Sequence record: OP978391.1
Source of the DNA: Escherichia phage HP3.2
Reading direction: 5' to 3' (one strand)
Length of the DNA: 64,000 bases
Shown: in pieces, positions 18,748-29,256 of the stretch
How the letters are laid out: the number at the start of each line of letters is the position of its first letter
How positions within the stretch are numbered: position 1 is the first letter of the stretch
Program-made: the position numbers and the translations under genes
The notes under the pieces: generated by a model
What the model saw: the letters and a program-made list of their open reading frames with translations, nothing else
Told to the model about the DNA's origin: nothing
Database searches by the model: none

Positions 18748-18989
18748 TAAATTTTCCTTGCTAAATCGCGAATTTGACCTACAGTATAATCTTGAATATA
18801 AACTTTATTAATAGGTTCATCAATAAATTTTGCCATAGATTCAATATCTTTTTGTATTTCTTCAAGACTGTATACTATCTTTAAAGCTTTTTCGCGAATA
18901 GTAATATTTTCAGGACCCTGATTTTCTTCAATGACAGTTTTAACATTTGTCATAAGAGATTTAAACTGGTACCAACTCAATTCAATCAT
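18747..18989 (-). CDS. Hypothetical protein, 80 aa
   Basis: Track ORF, translationally coupled to neighbours. Confidence 0.5.
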   Translation of the reverse strand: MIELSWYQFKSLMTNVKTVIEENQGPENITIREKALKIVYSLEEIQKDIESMAKFIDEPINKVYIQDYTVGQIRDLARKI

Positions 18990-19242
18990 TAATAATCGCC
19001 TTATAAAGATAGCTAATTTCGCCTAAAATATAATCATTGATTGTAACAGTTTTCACTTCACCACAAAAGAATTCTAACGCAATTAAATCTCGTTCAATTT
19101 CTTCTAATTGAAGCATCAACTTACTAGATTCTATTTTTACAGTTTCACGATTTTTGCTATAAGCAATTTCATAAATTTCGCTTACTTTATCTTGAAGAAG
19201 ATAAAACTGATCTTTAGTTATTTCCACGAATAGCTTCCTCAA
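18982..19242 (-). CDS. Hypothetical protein, 86 aa
   Basis: Track ORF between dda and dexA. Confidence 0.5.
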   Translation of the reverse strand: MRKLFVEITKDQFYLLQDKVSEIYEIAYSKNRETVKIESSKLMLQLEEIERDLIALEFFCGEVKTVTINDYILGEISYLYKAIIND

Positions 19243-19248
19243 ATTTAA

Positions 19249-20568
19249 TCATACATAAAACACATCATAACGACCACGGGTAACACCAACATAAAGAAGT
19301 TGTTGAGCCAATTCAGCATCTGCATAATGAATACAAGGCGTATAAATGAAAGCACGGTCTACAGACATGCCCTGTGCTTTATGGAATGTTGATGCAGGAA
19401 GTGCTTTCACTTTACTAAACTGTGATTTAGCATCCCAAAAATCACTCCATGGAGCTTTTCCGCCTTTGTTCCAATTTTTATAAGTTTCTGCCGTTTTACC
19501 TAAAAATAGGTTAAACTTATACAGTTCTTCATCAGATGAAATTATTTTAATCTTTTCACGATAATATTCATCATCGCCATAAGTTTCTACTGTTAAATCC
19601 CAATGACGAATTAAGTATTCTCCAGGAACACCACGAGCTTTAACAAACGTCGATGTATACTCTGCTTCTATAATACGAACTAATTGTCCGTTATTAAAAA
19701 TAATTTCTGGCACAGGCTTTCCATCAATTTTATATGTTTTAATTAATGGTTCCTGCATTACAATAATTTCACCGACAATAAAATCTTTATCAGTTTCAAA
19801 AATCTTTTTACGAATAATGCTATTTAACTTGTCAACAGATTTATTCGTAAATGCCATTACGCGATTTTCAAACAAATCATCTAGTGATTTTACGATTGAA
19901 AAATAATTTACCATAAAATCGCGTAAAGCGGTATCACCTGTAAATCCACGTACTCCATGCCCGTCAACAATTTTATCATAAATCCACTTACCGTTACGAA
20001 CGTCAGTAGCTACATCAATAATAGGAGCATTACTGCGTTTAACTTCAGTAAGTTCACACTGATAAAAATCTTTGTGTGTAAAGAATGGACTGATATAAGC
20101 AGTGTTTTCTCCTGGGTCAACAGGTCTAATCTGCTTATTATCACCTATTCCAATTATAGTACACCACGGCGGGATAGTTGAAAGCAGAATTTTAAATAGC
20201 TTTCTATCATACATTGACACTTCGTCGCAGATTAATACTCTGCATTTAGCTAAATCCGGTACTTCTTTTTGTTCAAAAAGAACGTTTTCTTCATATGTTA
20301 CTGGGTTAATTTTAAGAATGCTATGAATAGTACTTGCTTCTTTCCCTGATAGTTTTGAAAGAATCTTTTTAGCTGCATGAGTAGGAGCTGCTAAAATAAT
20401 ACCAGTTTCACCCGTAGATATTAAAGCTTCAATGATGAACTTAGTAAGAGTAGTCTTACCGGTACCAGCAGGTCCATTAATAGTTACATGATGTTTCTTT
20501 TCTTTAATAGCCCTCATAACGATGTTAAAGGCATTTTTCTGGCCTTCTGTCAAATCATCAAATGTCAT
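19249..20568 (-). CDS. dda: Dda DNA helicase (SF1)
   Basis: 439 aa; Walker A GPAGTGKTT; matches T4 Dda. Confidence 0.93.
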   Translation of the reverse strand: MTFDDLTEGQKNAFNIVMRAIKEKKHHVTINGPAGTGKTTLTKFIIEALISTGETGIILAAPTHAAKKILSKLSGKEASTIHSILKINPVTYEENVLFEQKEVPDLAKCRVLICDEVSMYDRKLFKILLSTIPPWCTIIGIGDNKQIRPVDPGENTAYISPFFTHKDFYQCELTEVKRSNAPIIDVATDVRNGKWIYDKIVDGHGVRGFTGDTALRDFMVNYFSIVKSLDDLFENRVMAFTNKSVDKLNSIIRKKIFETDKDFIVGEIIVMQEPLIKTYKIDGKPVPEIIFNNGQLVRIIEAEYTSTFVKARGVPGEYLIRHWDLTVETYGDDEYYREKIKIISSDEELYKFNLFLGKTAETYKNWNKGGKAPWSDFWDAKSQFSKVKALPASTFHKAQGMSVDRAFIYTPCIHYADAELAQQLLYVGVTRGRYDVFYV

Positions 20569-20876
20569 CGGAAAGTCCCTGCAATTGGAATACTAACAAT
20601 ACGCCCAGTATCTAGAATTCGTTGATATAATCTTTGTGTATCTACATCAGGCTTAACATGTTTAACTTCTATTTTATTAAACCAAAATTTACGTGGAGTC
20701 TCAACTAATCTTGGAATTCCTTTACCTAAAGCTAGTCGATACTGCTCTTTAAGAGTAGTAAATACTTTATCAGCAATCTCCCTTTCAAAAAATACAGCAG
20801 GACGATGTTCATCAAGTGGAACTGGCGCCGTAAATCCGTCTTTGTCTCGGTAAACTATCGCATATACATAAACCAT
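20565..20876 (-). CDS. Hypothetical protein, 103 aa (dda.1 position)
   Basis: Track ORF; stop overlaps dda start. Confidence 0.55.
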   Translation of the reverse strand: MVYVYAIVYRDKDGFTAPVPLDEHRPAVFFEREIADKVFTTLKEQYRLALGKGIPRLVETPRKFWFNKIEVKHVKPDVDTQRLYQRILDTGRIVSIPIAGTFR

Positions 20877-20877
20877 A

Positions 20878-21624
20878 TTATCCTCGGATAAGTTTAAAAA
20901 TTGAACAATTTAGCGGGTATCCTCTTTTCAGTTTAAGTTTATCAATAAAAGACAAATTTTGATACCGCTCTACACCTTGAATAATTTTATCACACATATC
21001 ATATTGCATTTCTGCTTCTGACAGCTTTTTCACAATTTTCCAATCCGAGCCTTTAAGAAGAACGTTCAATTTAACAACTTCAGCGCCTTCTGCTATGCGA
21101 GAACCATCAATACGTGCTTTAAGTGCTATAATCCTTAGCTTAATGTCAGAGGTCTGTTTTGATTTAGAAAGCTGAGAAATGTGTTCAATTCGGTTTTCAC
21201 GTTTTTTCTGTATAGCTTTAATTTGATTATAAGTCTTTTTGATTTTAGCCCATTTCTTTTCATCTAAATTTAGTTTATGAACTTTTTTCGCAGATGAACG
21301 ACCAATTCGCAAAGCAAATAAATCACGCTTTTCAATCAACTCTTCTAAAGTATAATCAGAACGAAATGTATTGTACTTTTTCTTTACTGCAATAACATTC
21401 CCTTTAATGTATCCAACGTTATTATCAAAACGTTCTAATGATAATTTCTCTCCTTCAATACGATTATCAAAAGGTTCTCCTGAGTAAGCGCAAACTTTCT
21501 GATCTAAAATGTTCTTAATGTAATTGAAGTCTAAGTTAAAATCTTTAGAACGTCTTTTAGCAGATGCCTGAGTATGCTCTAGACGACGTGTAATTTTACG
21601 AATTTGATTTTTAGACAGTTTCAT
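20878..21624 (-). CDS. srd: Srd-like protein (position and size of T4 srd)
   Basis: 248 aa basic protein between dda.1 and modA; assignment from recollection and position. Confidence 0.6.
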   Translation of the reverse strand: MKLSKNQIRKITRRLEHTQASAKRRSKDFNLDFNYIKNILDQKVCAYSGEPFDNRIEGEKLSLERFDNNVGYIKGNVIAVKKKYNTFRSDYTLEELIEKRDLFALRIGRSSAKKVHKLNLDEKKWAKIKKTYNQIKAIQKKRENRIEHISQLSKSKQTSDIKLRIIALKARIDGSRIAEGAEVVKLNVLLKGSDWKIVKKLSEAEMQYDMCDKIIQGVERYQNLSFIDKLKLKRGYPLNCSIFKLIRG

Positions 21625-21654
21625 ATTTTTCTCACGGACGGGTTAACTACTTAT

Positions 21655-21684
21655 ACTATAACATTTTTACTTCAGCTTGTAAAC
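21655..21684 (-). promoter_or_regulatory. Early sigma70-like promoter upstream of srd
   Basis: GTTTAC with TATAGT-like -10 about 18 bp away. Confidence 0.45.
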
Positions 21685-21740
21685 AACTTTATGAAAAATG
21701 CTTTAAAACTTTCATGGTATAATGAATCTAAGTCCTTCCA

Positions 21741-22343
21741 TTATAGATTAAATCCTTCAAAATCAAGAGTATAGATAGTGTATGTTGAATACTTTTTATA
21801 CTCGTATCTATCCGCAATTCTAAATACACTTCCAGCTGGTATCATTACTTCTTGTTCATCTGAAACTAATTCCATATTACGATAGCGATGGCTATCCGGA
21901 AACTTAAAACTCGGACTATATTCTTTACAACGTAAAGCTTTTATAGCATACTCCTGGAAATTAAACACCATAGGAGCTTTGAATTCAAAAATAACTTGTG
22001 TGTTGTATTCTAATCCAGAAGCAAAATGTAGAGCTATATTTTTATCATATGAAGCTGATACGACTTTATCAAATGTAATAATATCAATTCCTTGATTTAA
22101 CACCTGCTTAGTCTCAGCTGGAACACCTCTCCAAAGAGGTTTATCGTTTGGTTCCAAACGAGATTTGACTATTTCATTTAACCAAGAATGATCGTCTGGT
22201 TTATTAGTAATACAATGAATTAAAAGTTCAATTTCAGATAAATTAAATCCTTCAGAAAGTAATTCTTCACGAATAGAAGCACGCACAGATGCATCCATTG
22301 ATTTGATTTTAAAATCTTTTAATTGCATTGCTGAATATTTCAT
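21741..22343 (-). CDS. modA: ModA ADP-ribosyltransferase
   Basis: 200 aa; size, sequence and position match T4 ModA. Confidence 0.8.
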   Translation of the reverse strand: MKYSAMQLKDFKIKSMDASVRASIREELLSEGFNLSEIELLIHCITNKPDDHSWLNEIVKSRLEPNDKPLWRGVPAETKQVLNQGIDIITFDKVVSASYDKNIALHFASGLEYNTQVIFEFKAPMVFNFQEYAIKALRCKEYSPSFKFPDSHRYRNMELVSDEQEVMIPAGSVFRIADRYEYKKYSTYTIYTLDFEGFNL

Positions 22344-22963
22344 TCAACTACCTCAATATCATAAACTTTAAATGTTCCAAATGAATCGTGTAATTTTTCT
22401 TTTGAAATAGAAGTTATTCTATACTTTCCAATTGGAATCATCCATTCTTGTTCACGCACAATCATCATTAAGTTATCAGTACGCTCTGAATCTAATCCAT
22501 CAGTATCTTCATATGTATACTTAAATTCAGTATTAGGAGAAGAAAGTATAATATCGCTGATATGGTCAGAATAATTAAAAGCTTTATCAGTTTTTAAGCG
22601 AAATATTATTTCAGTGAAATACTCAACATAAGAAAAACCACATGCTGTGTGCAAACTAGTAGTAAATGAATCTACTCTGTTCGTTGAAAACACTTCTCCG
22701 ACTTGTAAATCTTTAATGAGTTCTTTTGTCGATTTTGATATACCACGATATAGCTGATAAGGCGATTTAGTTAAATGCTTTTTAACGATTTTATTCAACT
22801 GCCTATGAAGAGCTTCATTCTTTTTGGCTTCCATACATTGCCAAAGAATTGACTGTTCAAAGTCAGTAAATTTTTCACAGACCTTTTTATACATATCATA
22901 TTGAAAATCAACGCTTTCAGCTTTTATAGATAACTGTTCAACATCTGCGAGATTAATAATCAT
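22340..22963 (-). CDS. modB: ModB ADP-ribosyltransferase
   Basis: 207 aa; paralogous to ModA; position matches. Confidence 0.8.
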   Translation of the reverse strand: MIINLADVEQLSIKAESVDFQYDMYKKVCEKFTDFEQSILWQCMEAKKNEALHRQLNKIVKKHLTKSPYQLYRGISKSTKELIKDLQVGEVFSTNRVDSFTTSLHTACGFSYVEYFTEIIFRLKTDKAFNYSDHISDIILSSPNTEFKYTYEDTDGLDSERTDNLMMIVREQEWMIPIGKYRITSISKEKLHDSFGTFKVYDIEVVE

Positions 22964-22990
22964 GATAGCCTCCCGTATACTTCAGAAGCT

Positions 22991-23020
22991 ATCATATCAT
23001 CGTTAGAAAGGAAAGTAAAC
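22991..23020 (-). promoter_or_regulatory. Early sigma70-like promoter upstream of modB
   Basis: GTTTAC, 18-bp spacer, TATGAT. Confidence 0.5.
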
Positions 23021-23031
23021 AACTTTTTGAA

Positions 23032-23214
23032 TTATTTTGCCCAGGGAGCCCAGGGCGGAGGGTCAAGATGGTATGAAGCTAGTTCTTCTAGAAGAGCATC
23101 TGGGGCTTCAATTCCATAATTCTGTAATACTATACGGTACTCTTTCTTATAATCACTAGAATCATTCTGGTTATTCGTAGAATGATTATCTTCTAACATC
23201 TCAAATAAATCCAT
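23032..23214 (-). CDS. Hypothetical acidic protein, 60 aa
   Basis: Track ORF. Confidence 0.45.
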   Translation of the reverse strand: MDLFEMLEDNHSTNNQNDSSDYKKEYRIVLQNYGIEAPDALLEELASYHLDPPPWAPWAK

Positions 23215-23222
23215 ATTAATTC

Positions 23223-23705
23223 CTAGCGATAAAAACCAAAATGACGATTAGCTTCAATAATCTTTCTTTCTTCTTCGGACATTCTCCAGCGTAGTCCAAC
23301 ATCAAAATGAGCCCAGACCATCTTAACAAATGCATTTATATCTTTAATATCTTCAATAATGAATGTTTTACTTTTAGAAGGTTGACCTGCTAAATTAAGT
23401 GCTAATTTAACTTTATCGTCTTCAAACAGGGCAAAAAGACCATATTCATGAGCTCTTTTATAGCCTTTAATAGTTAAAGCTTCAGAAGAAGAAAACGGTG
23501 AATCAGTATTCTGTAAAATATCTTCAGTATGCTTTATAATTAGAATAACATTTTCTGGATATTTTCTTTCTTTTATATCTTTAATTAAAAGATCCGGATT
23601 TTCTGCTAAAGGAATAATTAATGAGCATTTTTTATCAAGTGCATTTACTGATTTACCTTCTTTAGACATAAATTCTATTGAATAATGTTTTGCTACTTCA
23701 ATCAT
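23223..23705 (-). CDS. Hypothetical protein, 160 aa
   Basis: Track ORF. Confidence 0.55.
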   Translation of the reverse strand: MIEVAKHYSIEFMSKEGKSVNALDKKCSLIIPLAENPDLLIKDIKERKYPENVILIIKHTEDILQNTDSPFSSSEALTIKGYKRAHEYGLFALFEDDKVKLALNLAGQPSKSKTFIIEDIKDINAFVKMVWAHFDVGLRWRMSEEERKIIEANRHFGFYR

Positions 23706-23862
23706 GTGATTTCCTTTTGCCTACTAATGGGCCGTCAGGAATTTTGTTTTCCTGGATATATTTCTCATTTTCTTCCATCATTTTACTGCCAATTTTAAGA
23801 AGCAAATCCAGTGCTTCATTTGCTTTAGCCTTGGCCTCTTCTAACGTCATATCTTTGTTCAT
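23698..23862 (-). CDS. Small ORF, about 54 aa
   Basis: [23 protein letters not shown]...; ATGA overlaps with flanking genes. Confidence 0.35.
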   Translation of the reverse strand: MNKDMTLEEAKAKANEALDLLLKIGSKMMEENEKYIQENKIPDGPLVGKRKSHD

Positions 23863-24062
23863 GATTTATCACCATAGATGTCTCTCATCAATTTAAGCGC
23901 TGAGCGTTCTAATTTCTTTTCTTTCTCAGCACTAATCATTGATTTCATCCATTCTTCCGATTCGTTCTGCATTTCTTTATTTGCTTGTTCAACCCAGCCA
24001 TCATCAATATACATTGAGTTTGGTCTATTGAACCATTCAAACATTTTCTTCAGAACTTTCAT
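23859..24062 (-). CDS. Hypothetical protein, 67 aa
   Basis: Track ORF. Confidence 0.45.
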   Translation of the reverse strand: MKVLKKMFEWFNRPNSMYIDDGWVEQANKEMQNESEEWMKSMISAEKEKKLERSALKLMRDIYGDKS

Positions 24063-24522
24063 TTGTTTTACCTAAAACAACAGTAGGAGCATCATCAAAT
24101 TCATGAATTTTTAGCAAATTTGGATGTAAACTATTCCATACAGAAGAAATAAAGTATGATAACGCATCTTCACTTGCAATTATAAATTTATTTCCTTTAT
24201 CTATTTTCCAACTATATAGTGAATCGTACGAATAAAAAGATAAAGGCTTATCATTATATTGTTCTGCGCTAACATTAATGTATTCGGATTTAGTAAATGC
24301 TTCAATTGCTCTAAATGGAATATTTGGTACAGTTTCAATAATACCAATCTTTTTAAGTTTTATTTCAGCATCTTCTGGAACTGGCATTGAAACGAAATTT
24401 TCTACGAGATACATTGGGTCACAATAACCCTTATCAATCATTACTGCTACAGTAATTGGAACATCTTTAGCAAATGACAAACTATTACTGCTAATATACA
24501 TTTCAAACAAAATCGCTTCCAT
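24037..24522 (-). CDS. Hypothetical protein, about 161 aa (mrh position in T4)
   Basis: Start MEAILFEMY preferred; assignment by position and size only. Confidence 0.45.
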   Translation of the reverse strand: MEAILFEMYISSNSLSFAKDVPITVAVMIDKGYCDPMYLVENFVSMPVPEDAEIKLKKIGIIETVPNIPFRAIEAFTKSEYINVSAEQYNDKPLSFYSYDSLYSWKIDKGNKFIIASEDALSYFISSVWNSLHPNLLKIHEFDDAPTVVLGKTNESSEENV

Positions 24523-24530
24523 AATTTTCC

Positions 24531-24914
24531 TCAATCACAAGATGTAGATGAACAACTAGAATCACAAGAACTTCCACATGAATCGCCCGTCCACACATGA
24601 ACAGGAACATTAGTATCATATGAATCAGAACTAGACTGTGTATTCTGCGTATTAGATGATGTAGGTGTTGACCAACGCCAAGGATTTTTATAATATTCCT
24701 GGGCTTCTTCATAAGTCATAGTAACCGCTTCTACTGTTCCATCTCCCATATAAACATATTCAACTACAGTTAAAGGAAGGTAGTCATTTGAAATAGGAAC
24801 TACACCTTCTCCGGGAGTTGTAGAGAAAAAATCCGTAAAGAAACTTTTAAACCAATTAAAGATAAACATTACAAAAAGCCTCTTTGAAATTCGACTCTTT
24901 GAAATCCACCCCAA
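24531..24914 (-). CDS. Membrane-anchored protein with Ser/Cys-rich C-terminal tail
   Basis: N-terminal hydrophobic segment; C-terminus ...[18 protein letters not shown]. Confidence 0.5.
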   Translation of the reverse strand: MGWISKSRISKRLFVMFIFNWFKSFFTDFFSTTPGEGVVPISNDYLPLTVVEYVYMGDGTVEAVTMTYEEAQEYYKNPWRWSTPTSSNTQNTQSSSDSYDTNVPVHVWTGDSCGSSCDSSCSSTSCD

Positions 24915-25081
24915 TCAGTGTATCGCATTTCAGCATTGAACTCGACTGAACCATCTGCATGCATCATGAATGAATGCGTGACGATATCACAATCCCAGCT
25001 TTTCATACCCCATTTATCAGAGATAGCTTTATCAAGAACCTTCTGGAGGTCTTCATTTGGTTTAATCCAGCGATTTAACAT
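24869..25081 (-). CDS. Hypothetical protein, 70 aa
   Basis: Track ORF downstream of an early promoter. Confidence 0.45.
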   Translation of the reverse strand: MLNRWIKPNEDLQKVLDKAISDKWGMKSWDCDIVTHSFMMHADGSVEFNAEMRYTDWGGFQRVEFQRGFL

Positions 25082-25107
25082 AGTGCTCTCCTCTATAAGA
25101 TAATTTT

Positions 25108-25137
25108 ATTATACCATACTCATTTTGGAAAGTAAAC
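25108..25137 (-). promoter_or_regulatory. Early sigma70-like promoter
   Basis: GTTTAC, 18-bp spacer, TATAAT. Confidence 0.5.
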
Positions 25138-25177
25138 CGGTAAAATGAAAAAAGGACTCCCGAAGGAGTCCTTGAAT

Positions 25178-25423
25178 TTATTCACCAGTTACTTTCCACA
25201 AATCTTCGTTTGCAGTAATCCATTCAGTACGTTGATTTTCTTCATATACTGTAGAATATGCTGCTTTTTCTGAAGGGAATATCTGATAATGAGCGCCAGA
25301 AATTTTGTGAACGTCAGAATAAAGAGGGAAAGCTACAGAAATTTCCTTTCCTTCAATTTTCTTATTTCCATCTAATTTTTGCTCAAATGTTTTAATATTA
25401 ACATAACCGCGAGTACTAGTCAT
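25178..25423 (-). CDS. soc: Soc small outer capsid protein
   Basis: 81 aa MTSTRGYVNIKTFEQKLDGNKKIEGKEI..., recognised as Soc. Confidence 0.88.
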   Translation of the reverse strand: MTSTRGYVNIKTFEQKLDGNKKIEGKEISVAFPLYSDVHKISGAHYQIFPSEKAAYSTVYEENQRTEWITANEDLWKVTGE

Positions 25424-25452
25424 GTAATTCTCCTTTATTTAAATTACATGAC

Positions 25453-25460
25453 TATTTATA
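25453..25460 (-). promoter_or_regulatory. Late promoter TATAAATA about 30 nt upstream of soc
   Basis: Exact TATAAATA on the minus strand; soc is a late structural gene. Confidence 0.5.
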
Positions 25461-25604
25461 ATAAATTCTTGCGGAACGTTAAAATACCCAATTTTAGTTA
25501 ATATAACAACATCACCGTTAATAATTACCGGAGAATAATCGGCTGGAGCATTAAACTTCCAATGAGCTCTAATATTATATCCATCAGAACCAAATGCTCA
25601 AAAA

Positions 25605-25618
25605 GCCGGTCTCCCGGC
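25605..25618. terminator. Bidirectional terminator-like hairpin GCCGG-TCTC-CCGGC flanked by AAAA and TTTTT
   Basis: Inverted repeat with A run upstream and T run downstream read directly. Confidence 0.5.
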
Positions 25619-25644
25619 TTTTTGCCATGCATAAAAATCAAATT

Positions 25645-25845
25645 TCATTTTGAATGCTCTATAATTAATTTTAAGGCTTCTTCATGCACCTTACCTAATT
25701 GTATATGTCCAGTTTTAATTGTGTAAGCTTTGTGGAGCTGATTAGATAGGAGCTCGTATGTGAGCTCCTTGTCATAATTTTTAAATAGCTGGTCAATACG
25801 TTTCTTGTGGGCTTTCTTAAGCTGGCGTTTATTTAAACGAGCCAT
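25645..25845 (-). CDS. Hypothetical basic protein, 66 aa
   Basis: Track ORF immediately downstream of gene 56. Confidence 0.5.
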   Translation of the reverse strand: MARLNKRQLKKAHKKRIDQLFKNYDKELTYELLSNQLHKAYTIKTGHIQLGKVHEEALKLIIEHSK

Positions 25846-26363
25846 TAATAACCTCGGTCTTGACGAGCGAAGTTTTCAGCATTTTTCAGATAATAAAGTT
25901 TAAAGATTTCTTCAGCCGTAAGACCGAGACCTTGGAACATGTTCAGAACGAAATGAAGAATATCAATCATTTCGAATTTAATTTCCAATTGGTCTTGTGG
26001 TGACAAATCAGTAATTAGAGTTTCACGACGTTCACCATGCTGCGACTTCCAAGGCTTCCATACAGCAGATGCATCTTTTTCACCATTGCTCATACCACCA
26101 AGAGAAGTCAATAGTTCGCGGAATTCATCATCAATGTAATCTTTCTGATTACGCAGCCAATCGACAACTTCGCCTGCAGTAGCCAAATCATCAGGATGAC
26201 GGTTATATTCAGGTTTATCTTTAGCTAAACGAACCTGCAAAGATTTCTGCATATCAAGCATAACTTGCAGCGGGTCTTTTTCATCACCGAGAATATCCCA
26301 GTATTCATTTTGAGCTTTATCAGCGCCTTCGATCAGTTGACTACATTCGTTAAAGTAAGCCAT
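25845..26363 (-). CDS. 56: dCTP pyrophosphatase gp56
   Basis: Start MAYFNEC with AAGGA RBS preferred; sequence matches T4 gp56. Confidence 0.88.
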   Translation of the reverse strand: MAYFNECSQLIEGADKAQNEYWDILGDEKDPLQVMLDMQKSLQVRLAKDKPEYNRHPDDLATAGEVVDWLRNQKDYIDDEFRELLTSLGGMSNGEKDASAVWKPWKSQHGERRETLITDLSPQDQLEIKFEMIDILHFVLNMFQGLGLTAEEIFKLYYLKNAENFARQDRGY

Positions 26364-26423
26364 TATTTTTCCTTTCAATTCATTAATAAGTTAAATAATT
26401 ATATCATTTGAGTATGTAAGCAA

Positions 26424-27763
<1,340 letters not shown>

Positions 27764-27788
27764 TATATCATCCTCAGCAATTTATTTT

Positions 27789-27818
27789 ATAATACCATAA
27801 CAAGCTGAGAAAGTAAAC
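27789..27818 (-). promoter_or_regulatory. Early sigma70-like promoter upstream of the 186-aa ORF
   Basis: GTTTAC, 18-bp spacer, TATTAT. Confidence 0.5.
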
Positions 27819-27862
27819 AAATTTATGAAATTTGTGATAAATATTAATTTAAAGGAGGACAT

Positions 27863-28063
27863 ATGGCACAAAAATTAATGGCACTTGTTAATGCCATAAA
27901 AGGTAATAAAAAACGTATAGCTTTTACTATTTCTGCTATGGTAGGAATTTTACTCTGGAATTTTGTTTTATCACCAATTGCTATTGCTCATGGTGTTAAT
28001 ATTCCAGTAATTACTCTTGATACATTCGTAGATCTAGCATTTGCTTTAGTTGGGTTAATTTAA
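27863..28063 (+). CDS. Small membrane protein, 66 aa, on the plus strand
   Basis: Strong AAGGAGG RBS; two hydrophobic segments; convergent with gene 61, stops overlap. Confidence 0.5.
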   Translation: MAQKLMALVNAIKGNKKRIAFTISAMVGILLWNFVLSPIAIAHGVNIPVITLDTFVDLAFALVGLI

Positions 28064-29088
28064 ATCTTGGCATATTTAGATAACCGCATTTTAGCCATCA
28101 ACCCTTGGGCAATATTATTTTTCATATATTCCATAATTTGTTCAGGGGTTGCACCTTCCTTTCTAATCATATCATTAACATCTTTTGATTTCCAGGGAGA
28201 TTTATCCCAAAACATAACTCTTTCTCCTGCATCAACTAATTTAGTCATTCGTTTGATAGTGTCAGGGTGACGAGGTTCATTATCTAAAACCCACACTCGT
28301 CTATCTTTAAATGGAACAACTTCTAGGTCTAATTGACCACCCGTAATAGCTATACCATTTTCAATAAAAAGTGAATCTATAGGTCCTTCTAGAACATATA
28401 CATCACCATCTTTAACTCGTTCGACTCCATATATTTTTGTTGCCTCAGGATAAGCTTTAATGGTGATATATTTTTGAGGAGCATCTTTCTTTAATGCACG
28501 TCCTTGAAAAGACTCAGCTTTTCCATTAGCATTATAAATTGGAATAACAAGACGAGGCTCAGAAATTTCCTTTTTGTATGTTCCTGGTGCTATGCTATTA
28601 ACTAATTTAGGCCATTCGGTTGTAAACCAAAGATATTTCCATTTATCATTTGGAATACAACGAGCTTTTACATATTTTATAATTGGATGGTCTTCCGCCA
28701 GTTTATCTAATCTAACGCATGACGGAAGAGATTTAATTATTTTCTTCTCAGGTTGTTTAGGAAGTTCTTTAGGTTTTTCTACTGGACGACTTTTACCTTT
28801 TTCTTTTCTTATTTCAAAGATATACTCACGATATAAATCAGGTTCAAACTCCTTTAAATATATTCCGATTGGTGCATGATAGTTACAGTTATAACAATGA
28901 ATATTTCCTTCATTATTATCACCATAATACCATCCACGGGCTTTATTTTGGTCGGTTTTTGAATCTCCACACACTGGGCATCTAAACCGTAATTTAAAAG
29001 TTGAACTATTATTTACTTGTGTGAATTTAGGTAAATGAGCTAATGCACGATACGCAAACTCATTATCAATCCAAGGTATTGATGACAT
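28060..29088 (-). CDS. 61: DNA primase gp61
   Basis: 342 aa; zinc ribbon CPVC...CYNC and Toprim region; matches T4 gp61. Confidence 0.93.
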   Translation of the reverse strand: MSSIPWIDNEFAYRALAHLPKFTQVNNSSTFKLRFRCPVCGDSKTDQNKARGWYYGDNNEGNIHCYNCNYHAPIGIYLKEFEPDLYREYIFEIRKEKGKSRPVEKPKELPKQPEKKIIKSLPSCVRLDKLAEDHPIIKYVKARCIPNDKWKYLWFTTEWPKLVNSIAPGTYKKEISEPRLVIPIYNANGKAESFQGRALKKDAPQKYITIKAYPEATKIYGVERVKDGDVYVLEGPIDSLFIENGIAITGGQLDLEVVPFKDRRVWVLDNEPRHPDTIKRMTKLVDAGERVMFWDKSPWKSKDVNDMIRKEGATPEQIMEYMKNNIAQGLMAKMRLSKYAKI

Positions 29089-29090
29089 TT

Positions 29091-29255
29091 TTACTCTTCT
29101 TTTTCTTTAGATTCCTCTTTTTTCTTTTTAGGAATCTGTTCAGGACCTTTATTTACTACAGCGCCTGATGTTGTTCCAGTAGAGATATTTTCAGGATTAC
29201 CACCTGAATCTCCAGCGACCATATCTTCTTTAATAAATTCTTTAAATGTTTTCAT
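29091..29255 (-). CDS. Small ORF, about 54 aa (61.1 position)
   Basis: MKTFKEFIKEDMVAGDSGGNPEN...; lies between gene 61 and the 208-aa ORF. Confidence 0.45.
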   Translation of the reverse strand: MKTFKEFIKEDMVAGDSGGNPENISTGTTSGAVVNKGPEQIPKKKKEESKEKEE

Positions 29256-29256
29256 A

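Larger units (their letters stand above)
25439..25648 (-). pseudogene. Interrupted ORF: 16 codons, apparent in-frame TGA, then 52 codons; terminator hairpin embedded
   Basis: ATG overlaps upstream stop; reads MKFDFYAWQKAGRPAF-TGA-AFGSDGYNIRAHWKFNAP...; no 69-aa ORF in track, so an interruption is certain. Confidence 0.4.

Noticed and set aside
25598-25618. Selenocysteine (SECIS-like) recoding at the in-frame TGA
   Set aside because: The hairpin lies 5' of the TGA and is followed by a U run, fitting a terminator; bacterial SECIS elements lie immediately 3' of the UGA.
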